DNA from: Octopus bimaculoides
Taxonomy: Eukaryota
DNA length: 32,342 nucleotides
Direction of reading: 5' to 3'
NCBI RefSeq assembly: GCF_001194135.2
Contig: NC_068997.1
Location: 7,242,373 to 7,274,714, forward strand
Shown here: positions 12,571-22,884 of the stretch, in pieces
Layout: every line of letters starts with the position of its first letter
How positions within the stretch are numbered: position 1 is the first letter of the stretch
Notes under the pieces: generated by a model
Databases searched by the model: none
Seen by the model: only the letters and a program-made list of their open reading frames with translations
Told to the model about the DNA's origin: nothing
Translations under genes and position numbers: made by a program

Positions 12571-12970
12571 AGGCGTAGGAGTGGCTGTGTGGTAAGTAGC
12601 TTGCTTACCAACCACATGGTTCCGGGTTCAGTCCCACTGCATGGCACCTTGGGCAAGTGTCTTCTACTATAGCCTCGGGCCGACCAAAGCCTTGTGAGTG
12701 GATTTGGTAGACGAAAACTGAAAGAAGCCCGTCGTATATATATATGTGTGTGTGTGTGTGTGTTTGTGTGTCTGTGTTTGTCCCCCCAACATCGCTTGAC
12801 AACCAATGCTGGTGTGTTTACGTCCCCGTAACTTAGCGGTTCAGCAAAAGAGACCGATAGAATAAGTACTAGGCTTACAAAGAATAAGTCCTGGGGTCGA
12901 TTTGTTCGACTAAAGGCGGTGCTCCAGCATGGCCACAGTCAAAAGACTGAAACGAGTAAAAAGAGTAAAA
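12571..12970 (+). mobile_element. tRNA-headed SINE, family A, copy 2
   Basis: A box TGGCTGTGTGG at 12582, B box GGTTCAGTCC at 12625-12634, internal (TA)/(TG) tract, (aaaagagt)/polyA tail. Confidence 0.9.
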
Positions 12971-13304
12971 AAAAAAATTAAAAAAAAGTGATTGGATCCC
13001 TACCCGAATAAAATTTGTCATTTGCCAATAAAACAAAAAAATGATCATCTGGTTGTGCTTGCTCGGTTAAAAGTGGTTACTAACATTTTATGGTCAGTGA
13101 GAGTATAAATGTTAGCAGTAAAACACTTTGGGAAGATCTTGGCTATGACTTCAAAGATTTGGCTGCCCAGTATTCATGTGAACATTGCCTTTGCTTCAGG
13201 AGATACATCTCTGTTGATGAGATGGTACATTCCCCGTGCTGCTTGTCAGGGCCTCTCAGACCATAATGACAGATGAAATGATGCTAACGATTCTGCCAGC
13301 TTGC

Positions 13305-13341
<37 letters not shown>

Positions 13342-13506
13342 GTTTAACGTCCGCTTTCCATGCTAGCATGGGTTGGACGATTTGACTGAGGACTGGTGAA
13401 ACCGGGTGGCAACACCAGGCTCCAATCTAAATTTGGCAGAGTTTCTACAGCTGGATGCCCTTCCTAACGCCAACCACTCAGAGAGTGTAGTAGGTGCTTT
13501 TACGTG
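13305..13506 (-). mobile_element. Young RTE-type 3' tail repeat with (CAT)12
   Basis: Its reverse complement differs from 20370-20493 at about 7 of about 125 positions. 13341-13399 is identical to 28516-28574. Confidence 0.9.
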
Positions 13507-13611
13507 TAATAATAATCCTTTCTACTTTAAGCACAAGGCCAGAAATGTTTAGTGGGGGAGGGGGCTTGTTGATTATATTGACCCCAGTACTCCACTGGTA
13601 CTCGTCTTATT
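13507..13611 (-). mobile_element. SINE family B, 3' half
   Basis: Reverse complement gagtaccagtggagtactggggtcaatataatcaac...ggccttgtgc...gtagaaaggattattat matches 18020-18112. Confidence 0.75.
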
Positions 13612-13672
13612 TAATGATATTAATAATGAGTTGAGGACATATTGGCTGTCATTGTTTTTCTGTGTGTTGCAG

Positions 13673-13764
13673 GTGATGCCCAATTTTTGTCCTTCTCTCT
13701 CAGTACAAGTACGACAAGGAATATACACTTCTTTGCGATCAATTCTTGAGAAACGTGTTCTCCA
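13673..13764 (+). CDS. INTS3: INTS3 exon c: VMPNFCPSLSVQVRQGIYTSLRSILEKRVL(Q)
   Basis: ttgcag|gtgatgccc...ctcca|gtaagt; 92 nt; phase 0 to 2. Confidence 0.95.
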
Positions 13765-13898
13765 GTAAGTATTCCTCCTCTGTTTTCACTTTGACAATGA
13801 TGGTGAGAAGGGTTGTTTTAACACTTGTTTTAACCTAAGTAAGGTGTTTAATTCTTTTATAAATTGTTAATGTTTTATTTGTCTTTTGTTCTTTTCAG

Positions 13899-13990
13899 GT
13901 CTTTATCTCCTTTATTTGATAATCCCAAATTGGATAAAGAACTCCGAGCTTTAATTAGAGAGAATTTCATTGAATTTTGTTCTCCCGATA
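13899..13990 (+). CDS. INTS3: INTS3 exon d: [30 protein letters not shown]
   Basis: ttttcag|gtcttta...cccgata|gtaagt; 92 nt; phase 2 to 1. Confidence 0.96.
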
Positions 13991-14033
13991 GTAAGTCGAC
14001 ATTAGTTTATTAATTCATTTTTTGTTTTCAACC

Positions 14034-14316
14034 CAGTTATAGAAATATGGTCAACTTCTTTATAGAGATAAATGAACAATCTAGATTCAGTTGGTGCAGT
14101 GGATGGCCCTGTTACACAGGTACTATGAACTGCACTGTTATAGAGGTGTAGTGAATGACCTTGTTACAGCTCTGTTATAGAGGTACAGTGAAAGGTCTTG
14201 TTATTGAGATGCAGTGAACGATACTGTTAGTAATATAGTGAATAGCTTTGTTACAGAGAAACAGCGAATTACAGTGAACAACTCTGTTACAGAAATATAA
14301 TGAACAATCCTGTTAC
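14034..14316. repeat. Degenerate ~26-bp minisatellite
   Basis: About 10 units of consensus ~ctgttacagaggtacagtgaacaa(ct); similar units resume at ~14528-14590. Confidence 0.72.
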
Positions 14317-14519
14317 AGTAAAGATTTTTGCCAATGTAATATGGCAGTCCTGGTTTAGGATGAATGTTGCTGTAATTTAGCCCCAGGAGACATCATCTCC
14401 AGTTGGCTATATGACACGATCTGTGTCCTTATATTCTCGAACAAGGGAATCTAGCACCTCCACTCAGCTCAAAAGTACTGTTGCTGAATATCTCTCGTTG
14501 TGAGATTTACAAATAGTAA
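14317..14519 (+). mobile_element. Single-arm copy of the foldback element at 23128
   Basis: Colinear with 23132-23291, then jumps directly to the 23422-23466 equivalent (gtactgttgctg...gagatttacaaatagtaa). Confidence 0.85.
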
Positions 14520-15165
14520 TTTTCTGAACCTGTTACAGATTTATAGCAAACGGCATTTTATTCTTTATAAAAATAGTGAACAACTATGTTGTTGACATAC
14601 ATTTAACAACTTTTCTATGGAGTTAAATTCAACAACCTTACTATGGATGTACTCTCAGTAACTGATTAGAGAGGTTAATAAAATAAGCATTAGTGGTGTA
14701 CTGGCTACTTCTGCCATTCCCCTGCACTAAGGGCAGAAATGGGTGCTGCTGTTGACCCACTCTTCCTCCCCCACAAATTTCTACTCTTTTGTTTATATTA
14801 TTTTTATTATTATTAAGTTTATAGAGAACTGAGTTGATGGGGATACTCAACTGACCAGATATGAGGTCAGCAGTTGTTGTTAGCATCTACACTTAGTGTC
14901 TAAGTTTAAGATGCTTAACTTTAAAATGATCTACACAGAAAAAAAAAAAGGAAAAAGCTTATGGAGTAGTGAAAGAGTAGTGTGGGCAAAAGTTGTTTTG
15001 TTGTATGTAGTGATGTCACTTTATGTTGTGAGTTCAAATCCTACCAAAATTGAGAAAATATACGCTACTAGACCATTGAAGGTCTGTTATTTTGATTACG
15101 CCTCTCCCCTATAAATTTGTAGTTGTATCCAAAATTAGAAGGCATTATTATTATTATTATTTTTT

Positions 15166-15379
15166 AAGGTGGCGAACTGGCAGAATCGTTAGCACTCTGG
15201 GTGAAACACTTACCAGTATTTCACCTGTTGCTACGTTCTAAGTTCAAATTCTGCCAAGGTAGACTTTACCTTTCATCCTTTTGGGGTCGATGTAATCGAC
15301 TTGTTCCCCTCCCCCAGAATTTCAGGTCTTGTTCCTTTTTGTAGAGAGGATTATTAATTATTATTATTATTATTATTAT
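15166..15379 (+). mobile_element. tRNA-headed SINE, family B
   Basis: aaggtggcgaactggcagaatcgttagc...agttcaaattctgcc (B box)...gactttacctttcatccttttggggtcgat...(ATT)n tail. A more decayed copy lies just upstream (~15005-15165). Confidence 0.85.
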
Positions 15380-15422
15380 CATCATCAACACCATTGTCAC
15401 TTCAAATATCATTTCTGTTTAG

Positions 15423-15551
15423 TTGTCAAAGAAGAAGCTTCTGTGAATAAAGACCTCACTGCTGATGTTGGTGAATCTGGGAACCATATTGTGGAGATGA
15501 GCAGCTTGTCTGATGGAGTGTTTAGTGATGATGAAGATGATATTCCATTAG
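15423..15551 (+). CDS. INTS3: INTS3 exon e: (I)VKEEASVNKDLTADVGESGNHIVEMSSLSDGVFSDDEDDIPL
   Basis: gtttag|ttgtcaaa...ccattag|gtcagt; 129 nt; phase 1 to 1; divergent linker containing FSDDE. Confidence 0.9.
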
Positions 15552-15732
15552 GTCAGTTATTTTCTTTAATTATCATCTGTGAATGTCATGCAATGTTTAA
15601 TGAGTGCAGTTCTGTTTGTTTCACTGCATCTATATTAAATTTGTTTTATATTGTTGTCAGTCATTTTGAATTTCTTTAGTAACTCGTAGCAGTCTTATTG
15701 ATTTTGTGTTTTGTATTTTGTTTTGAATTTAG

Positions 15733-15865
15733 GGAAGCTGGTTGGTGACACCAAAATAAAGCCTTTCAGAAACGGCCCCCGATTCCAGCCGATTGATATC
15801 ACTGAACACATCCAGCTTCTTCAGCATGAACTGCGACAGTTGACCATTGAGCTACAGAATGAAAC
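15733..15865 (+). CDS. INTS3: INTS3 exon f: (G)KLVGDTKIKPFRNGPRFQPIDITEHIQLLQHELRQLTIELQNE(T)
   Basis: atttag|ggaagctg...gaaac|gtatgt; 133 nt; phase 1 to 2. Confidence 0.9.
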
Positions 15866-16479
15866 GTATGTGGCTTCTTACTAAAAGTTGCTGTCTCTGT
15901 GACTTGTTGTGCAACCGTTTAGCATCTCGGTCAACCTAGTTTTCGTCATCTCTGTCTCGCTCTGTCTCTCTTTTCCAAAAATTGAACCTCTTCAGAGATG
16001 GTCAGAGTAACACAAAGAGAAGGATATCAAAATGAATATTTTTGCTGGTTGTTCCTCTGGGGTAAAATACACAACTCTGTTTGCATGTTTTTTTGCCTCA
16101 TTATTGGCAGTTAATTTTTGGAAGATTTACTGGAGTCCCAGGGGTCTATGGAAGCCATGGGGCTATACAGTGTGAGATCTCTCCTATGATAAAATTGGCA
16201 TAAGAAGTGAGATGCATAGAAAACTGTATATTTGCATACCTGTTAAACCCATGTCTGGTTAGAAAAAGCAGATACAAAGTTGATGACAACAATGATGATA
16301 ATATTAAGAGTGATCAGGAATGAATTTTCAGATTTGTCTGAACCATACATAGATGGAGAGTGAGGAGAGAGAGTCACAAACGATTTTCCCTTATACCTTT
16401 TTTTTGTGATGCAGTTTTATGCTTTTTTTCTTTCTTAACCTCCCACATATTGCAGTGTGCCTGTGTTTATCTTTTACAG

Positions 16480-16537
16480 GGATCAGGAAGTCCAGTGTGA
16501 AATCATTGACAAAATGGTACAACATATTCTCCGTGAT
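16480..16537 (+). CDS. INTS3: INTS3 exon g: DQEVQCEIIDKMVQHILRD
   Basis: tttacag|ggatcag...cgtgat|gtaagt; 58 nt; phase 2 to 0. Confidence 0.93.
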
Positions 16538-16837
16538 GTAAGTAATGTTTTACTCTTTATAGAACTTGTTAAGTTTAATTCTGTATAAGAAGATATATTT
16601 TGATTAAGACGTCCTTTTTATAAAATTCTGTAGACAATTGCTGTATTCAAACATCTGTGGTTGAAGTTTTCCTTCAGCTTTGAATTACATTCTAAAATAA
16701 TTTGGGGTTTTTAACTCTTAGAGAATATATGTAAGTGTAGCAACTGAAGGATCACTAAATGATGATAAGGGATCATACAAACACACACACACACACACGT
16801 ATCCACTTATTTACTGATTTATTTTTTCCTTTTTCAG

Positions 16838-16941
16838 GAAGATTTTGACCAAGACATGGCATCTACACTTGCTATATGCTTGTGTCAAATCCTTGGCCAT
16901 TTATTTATGAGTAATTTATTTCCACAGGAAGTAGATGAAGA
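16838..16941 (+). CDS. INTS3: INTS3 exon h: EDFDQDMASTLAICLCQILGHLFMSNLFPQEVDE(E)
   Basis: ttttcag|gaagat...gaaga|gtaagt; 104 nt; phase 0 to 2. Confidence 0.95.
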
Positions 16942-17275
16942 GTAAGTAATGAATAACTTCTATTATAGAAACTTTAATTAATTTAAATTCAAATTACGAT
17001 GAAAGGAAACAAACAAACAAAGTTTGCTTTAGAAGCATTGGAATGTCTTAAAAGTTAAATGATTTTTTTAAAATTCTCAAATGCAGGATAATGCTAATAA
17101 TATAGCCTGAATAGGATAAACTACCCCTATTTTGCAGAATTTTCTAAGACATCTCAACACTTCTAAAGCAAACTTTCTTTGTTTACTTTCATCGTAATTT
17201 GAATTTAACGTATGATAGCATCTCATAAAGCATGATTTCTATATATCTTAAATTTGCAGAAGAATTTGTGGTGAG

Positions 17276-17349
17276 GGCAGTTTAGCTTAAAGTTCAGAGC
17301 ACCGCGACTTGTAATCATGGTGATGTGAGTTCGAGTCTCAAAGCTGGCT
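17276..17349 (+). pseudogene. tRNA-Thr(TGT)-like sequence (probable pseudogene or SINE head)
   Basis: Folds as a cloverleaf: acceptor GGCAGTT/AGCTGGC (one G-G mismatch), D stem GCTT/GAGC, anticodon loop CTTGTAA (TGT at 17310-17312), T loop TTCGAGT. Lacks the D-loop GG and has stem mismatches. Confidence 0.65.
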
Positions 17350-17504
17350 GCCAACTTTAATTAATTTATTTGCTCCAAAACTGGTTTCAGAGTGAGGGTG
17401 CAACCCCATGCTCTTTATAATTTTAAAAAGAAAGCATTATTGAACATGACAATATGGAATGAATTTTCTTTGTTCAGGAATTGGTTAAAGTTTTAACAAT
17501 TTCT

Positions 17505-17903
17505 TACGAAAACCTGTTGAGGCAAGTGAAATCAAAATCGCTGACGTGGCCAATGACAGTACCACCTGATTGGCACTTGTGTCAGTGGAACGTTAAAAGC
17601 ACATCCGAGCATGATTGTTGCCAGGACCGCTGACTGGCTCCCGTGCCGGTGGCACATAAAAAGCACCATTTGAGTGTGATCGTTGCCAGCGTCGCCTTAC
17701 TGGCACATGTGCTGGTGGCACGTAAAAGCACCCACTACACTCTCGGAGTGGTTGGTGTTAGGAAGGGCATCCAGCTGTAGAAACTTTGCCAGATCAGATT
17801 GGAGCCTGGTGTCGCCTCCTGGTTTGCCAGTCTTCAGTCAGACTGTCCAACCCATGCTAGTAAGGAAAGTGGACGTTTAAACGATGACGACGATGATAAT
17901 GAT
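17505..17903 (+). mobile_element. Long RTE-type 3' UTR/tail repeat with internal ~65-bp subrepeats
   Basis: About 2.5 units of tggc..gtg.cggtggcac.taaaagcac..., then taggaagggcatccagctgtagaaac...caacccatgctag...gacgtttaaacgatgacgacgat. Confidence 0.88.
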
Positions 17904-17909
17904 ATTATT

Positions 17910-18112
17910 AAGGTGGTGAACTGGATGAAATGCTTAGCAGTATTTCACCTGTTGCTACGTTCTGAGTTCAAATTCCGTCAAGGTCGACTTTGCCCTCATC
18001 CTTTCGGGGTCGATAAATTAAGTACCAGTTGAACATTGGGGTCAATGTAATCGACTCATCCACCTCCCCCAAATTTCAGGCCTTGTGCCTTGAGTAGAAA
18101 GGATTATTATTA
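17910..18112 (+). mobile_element. tRNA-headed SINE, family B
   Basis: Colinear with 15166-15379 and 22885-23110; gagttcaaattcc B box; ggattattatta tail. Confidence 0.87.
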
Positions 18113-18309
18113 CAGTGGTTGATGGCAGAATCAGTCGAGCTCCTTGTTTCATTTAACTGTCTTCTTTTTCCCCTTTCATCCTTCAAGGGTCAGCAAAATA
18201 AGAACCAGTCACGTAGTGGACTTGATCCCCTCAACTGTACCCTGTTACCTCTCAATATATAGGCTTTGTATCACTTTTATGAACTGTGACTTATTCATTT
18301 CTTATTCAG

Positions 18310-18354
18310 GTCCATTGAAGATTCTATAGGAACACCACTATTTGTGATATTTAG
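18310..18354 (+). CDS. INTS3: INTS3 exon i: SIEDSIGTPLFVIF(R)
   Basis: attcag|gtccatt...atttag|gtaagt; 45 nt; phase 2 to 2; recalled human SLEESVGKPLYLIFR. Confidence 0.95.
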
Positions 18355-19141
18355 GTAAGTAAATATTGGTTTGTTTTTTAAAAAATTTACTTTGTAACCT
18401 GCTTGAAATTCAGATAAGCTGCTGGCTTTGAAAATTTTACTTTCACCTCAAAATGTTTCTTGTCTCTTTATTTAGGAATTATTATTTCTTTTTTTATTTA
18501 TAGTTTTTGTTTACTTTTATGTTTTAGTCTGAGGAGAAAGGTCAGCTTTTGGGACCTTTATAGGACCTTTGAAATTGTTGATGGGAAACGGAAGAAGAAA
18601 GTATAACTCATGGGTTTTATGTGATAGGAAGTATTGCATGAAGGTATTGAGTTGTTGTTATCCTGGAGAGACCAAGTCTGAATATTTACAGCAAAAGGAT
18701 AATTCTGTTAAAAAGCATGCAAGAACCAGTTGGTGATGTTAACTAGGGATGCCAGATGAGATCTGCTGCCCAACGTCTAAGCTATAAATTGGTCAACGAT
18801 ACTGAAGTGATGTTAGTCATACAATCCTATAACAGAATTAAGTTTTTGTGTGCTAACTCTGCCAATTCCTGACTGAACAAAAAGCAGGTTCTCTTGCTAC
18901 TTCACAGTTGAGTGTTTAGTGATAAAAAGATGAATATCTGAAAATAATTTGTTCAACTTATAAAATATCCCAGAGATACAGCCATGGGTATAATAATGAA
19001 AAGAAAAGGGAATTAGTGATTCACTTACCCATCATCTCAAATGACCCTTCACAAAATCTTGAAGTCTTGCTTTTGTTTTTCTTTCAATTGTCTCTCAATT
19101 CTGTTATATTGTCTCTTGCATTGCATTTTGTTCCCTTCCAG

Positions 19142-19261
19142 AAACTTCTGTTCTACTGCTGAAGAGGATCCTATTCGACAGCCATTATTGTTCCTGATGG
19201 ATGAAATGTACCAGAAACAGCCCCATATAGGTTATCACATGCTCTATTTCCTAAAAGTAAG
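19142..19261 (+). CDS. INTS3: INTS3 exon j: NFCSTAEEDPIRQPLLFLMDEMYQKQPHIGYHMLYFLKV(S)
   Basis: ttccag|aaacttc...gtaag|gtaagg; 120 nt; phase 2 to 2. Confidence 0.95.
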
Positions 19262-20369
19262 GTAAGGATGAAGAGTTTAGTTTTATGAACGCTAATGTTT
19301 TTGTTGTCTGTTGTTTTTTTTTTTCCTGACTTCTATTTACTTGTATTTTGTAAGGATCTAATAATTCTTTCACTTTCATTTTTGGTTTTTCAAGAAATGT
19401 TTTTCTATCTGGAACCAGCAACTCCCATCCTTCTCCAAGCTACACTTGTAACACAAGTTGAACTCAGCTTAACAAAACTCTTGTCAATTCTTTCAATGCT
19501 TCTTTTGCATATTGTGATGTGCCTTTTTACAGCTTGGTGGACTGGGTCATTTAAGATTTAATAGTCTTGGCCAGTGACACAATGATATGCAGGTGGCAGT
19601 ATGTGAACTGTTAATCTCTCAACTGGTTTATCTGGTAACAACTCAACCATTTACACACTGTAAACTTAACCTTGGTATTAGTTTTTTTTCATTGAGGCAA
19701 ATAGTCTTTGCATATCGATACAATATATCTGTTTTAATATCATTTTAAGCATTTTTTTTGCAAGGTTAAAATGGTGGGGAGTAGTAATTTTCACTTCTTA
19801 AATTTGGATCTAAGATCCAAATTTGTCTTTTTAATGTGATCTCTATCTTCAGCTTGGTGAATAACTTAGTAAGTGACACAATGTTTCTAGGCTACAGGTT
19901 ACTAAGCAATGACTTTAATAGTAGTCTTGTATATTGCAACACATTTTAATTATGTGACCTATAAAAAGACCAGTTATTAAAATACTGAGATGTAAGTGAC
20001 TTTATTATTTGGATGTTGGACTTCTATTACTTGGACTGGTGTTATGTTGTGTTTCTGGTGGTAGAAATACTCACTACTCACTCAGTGACTCACTACTCTT
20101 ACTATACAATAGGTATCATGCAGAGATATTGTGTGAGAAAATGCTAATGTCTTCTTACCTCTGGAGGGCTTTATTGTGCCAGTGTTTAGCTTTCGTTTCA
20201 TAGCATTCAGTTTGTGAGAGATAAATTTTCCCTTGACTGGAGTACAGATTTATCCAGGTGAAATTTTATAAAGATAGACTGAGGCATGTAGAATTAAGAG
20301 TCCTGCCCAGTTACACTACGATACACCTGCAGTGGATTTGAACTCGGAACTTACAAATTACTATTCATT

Positions 20370-20514
20370 TAGGAAGGGCATCCAGCTGTAGAAATTTTGC
20401 CAAATCAGATTGGAGCCTGGTGTTGCCATCCGGTTTCACCAGTCCTTAGTCAAATCGTCCAACCCATGCTAGCATGGAAAGCAGACGTTAAACGATGATG
20501 ATGATGATGATGAT
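20370..20514 (+). mobile_element. Young RTE-type 3' tail repeat with (GAT)7
   Basis: taggaagggcatccagctgtagaaa...aacccatgctagcatggaaagcagacgttaaacgatgatg. Confidence 0.9.
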
Positions 20515-20756
20515 TAATCATTCCACTTGTGTTTACAAATAGATGATGGTTACTAAAGTTGGAGTTGAGTGATCTATTTTGAATGTAGTTGGAAGAATAG
20601 ATAAATGGAATGAGAGAGAGAGAGAGAGAGAGAAGTTAATAAATTGTAGTCTGAATGAGACAGAGAAGGTTTAGTTCAGACAGGATAGCCACATATACCA
20701 AAGGGGCAAAGTTAAATAGTAGACATTACATTTTGCTTTCATTTTTATACTTTCAG

Positions 20757-20850
20757 TAAAGTCAATGATGACAAAATGTCCAGTTATCGTGATTTCTGTA
20801 AGAGTTTAGATGGAAAAGATTTGGAATCCTGCCTAATGAATGATTTACGG
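20757..20850 (+). CDS. INTS3: INTS3 exon k: KVNDDKMSSYRDFCKSLDGKDLESCLMNDLR
   Basis: tttcag|taaagtc...ttacgg|gtaaat; 94 nt; phase 2 to 0. Confidence 0.93.
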
Positions 20851-22081
20851 GTAAATATACTTAGTTTTTTTGTTGTTTTTTGTTTCTGTCAGTTTTTAAC
20901 TGAAATTATTATTCTGAATTTCTAAATAACTGTTTAGTGTATTTTTTTTTTTTTACATTGCTATTCTTCTCCACTCCATAATGGTAACCAATTAATCTAT
21001 TTTTTTAATTATTTAAATTATAACATCAGAAATCATGTAGTCTGACTAGGCAATAACAATTTCCCTTCAGATCCTCTGTTTGCACCATATGTGTACATAT
21101 AACCAATTAACTTAATATGGAAGTCAAAAGCGGGTTGCATCTGGTTGTATTAGTGTGATCAGCTTTACCACCACCACCACCACCACCACCACCACAGATC
21201 TGCTCAAGTAAAATTGCCTCAGTTCCTTGCTTAAGGAAGGCATCAAACATCATGCTTATTTCATTTGGTTGATGCAAGTTGGATTCTAGACACTATTTTA
21301 AAAAGTTATCAGCAACCAGTGGGTTTTTTTTTTTTTTTAGATGCAAACTAATATTTAAACCATTAGCATTCAGATTACCTTGTCAAAAGGAATACTCAGG
21401 TATTCACATTGTTTTGAATTAATTTTGCATAATCTTGTAGTTTTGAGATTTTGATGATGTGATTGTTTATTTTTAGAATGACATTGAAAGGCTGCATTTG
21501 GTCAGTTTGAACTTGTAGACTATTTGGGCCAAATATGGCTAGTCTAAACAAACACTAAAGGGTTTGTAGGAGTAGATAGGAAAGAATCAAGCGATACTTG
21601 TAGAAATTTTTTGTAGAAGAGTAAGGGCTGCACACACCGTTTTTGTAGATCTTCCAAAACTGGCAGAAGAAAGGAAGGCAGGCAAACTGGATTCTTACAA
21701 TAGAATGGCTCTGCTGAAGAAACCCAAGAGCCAAGTCTGCAATGGTAGTGCCACCATTCTGATTGTTATTATGCAAAAACCACTAAAAGCCCTGAAGGTG
21801 TGTTCTGTTGCTATGTTCCTGGTCCCAATCACAAGATATCTGCAAGTTATAGAGAAACTGGAGAGGCTAATTGCAGATGAGAATGCCTTGTATGATGGAA
21901 GAAGGAAAGCAGACAGTTTTCGGTGACAAGAGTTGCTATTGAGACTTTAAGTTTTATTTTCTTCTGTTATTCCGTTGGTTTTGAAATTGAAAAAAGAAAA
22001 AAAAAAAAAAAAAAAAGACCCCCCCCCCAAGAAACCATCCCCCCACCCAATTACATCAATTTCTTTTCTCCTTTTGTTTAG

Positions 22082-22141
22082 ATCTGTCAAGAAGACGATG
22101 TGAGGTTATTTACATATCTGTTACCTGACATTTATACACAT
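22082..22141 (+). CDS. INTS3: INTS3 exon l: ICQEDDVRLFTYLLPDIYTH
   Basis: gtttag|atctgt...acacat|gtaagt; 60 nt; phase 0 to 0. Confidence 0.96.
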
Positions 22142-22884
22142 GTAAGTTGGTTTCATGTTTATTTTCATGGTTTTCTTACTGAACTACCTGTCCATGGCAC
22201 TACACATTGATATAGGACTTTAGAACTTGATAAGCCCTATGCTATCCCCAGCTAAACTCCCTTGCTTTATCTCTTGTATGTGTGCTTCTGTACTAAAGCG
22301 TTGACCCTTCTGTGCCATGACAGGCCTCTGATACTCTTCCTGCTCTTGTTTTTGTTTGCATCAACCATTAAACTGCAACATTTCAAACCGAGCATCAATC
22401 ACATTGACAATAATCATTATATCTTACTGACAGGAAGCTTGAAAGACACTGGACACTGTTCTGTCTTCATTGTGGGACTCAGATTAGCTAAAAAGCGAAA
22501 AGTAAATCAAGCAGGTGCTTGCATAGGATGTCATTTAATGGGGGAGGTGGTCTGTGGGCATTGTACATTGATAATAAACAAATAGCATTTAACTGTGATG
22601 TTGTAATGGTGTGTGTGAGTGATTTTAACAGAGCAGAAACCAGTGGCATAGGTAACTGCAATCACTGATTTGGCTCCAGCCTATGTCTGTAGTCGGAAGG
22701 AATGTCAGTGCCATCCTAAACACTATATGTACGGTATTATGGTTCTGTATTCTGAATTCAAATTTCATTAAAACCAACTTTGGTCTTTTGTTCGTCTTGG
22801 TTTGATAAAGAAATTGTCATCAACGTTCCAAGACTGACTCAGCTGATTGTATCCAATTCTTAATGTGTTATTGTTATGGATAAC

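Noticed and set aside
13070-13129. ~60-nt AU-rich imperfect hairpin of pre-miRNA size
   Set aside because: Stem only ~20 bp with bulges; no recognisable miRNA; could be chance.
16760-16817. Box C (ATGATGA) / box D (CTGA) pair upstream of exon h
   Set aside because: No terminal stem, the interior is a (CA)n microsatellite, and there is no obvious rRNA-complementary guide.
17571-17735. Spaced ~65-bp repeats superficially like a CRISPR array
   Set aside because: Eukaryotic context; these are degenerate internal subrepeats of the RTE tail element, with no unique spacers or cas genes.
21576-21926. 116-codon stop-to-stop frame in intron k-l (IGKNQAILVEIF...ADSFR*)
   Set aside because: No recognisable domain or splice context. 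A few open frames of this length are expected by chance across six frames of 32 kb.
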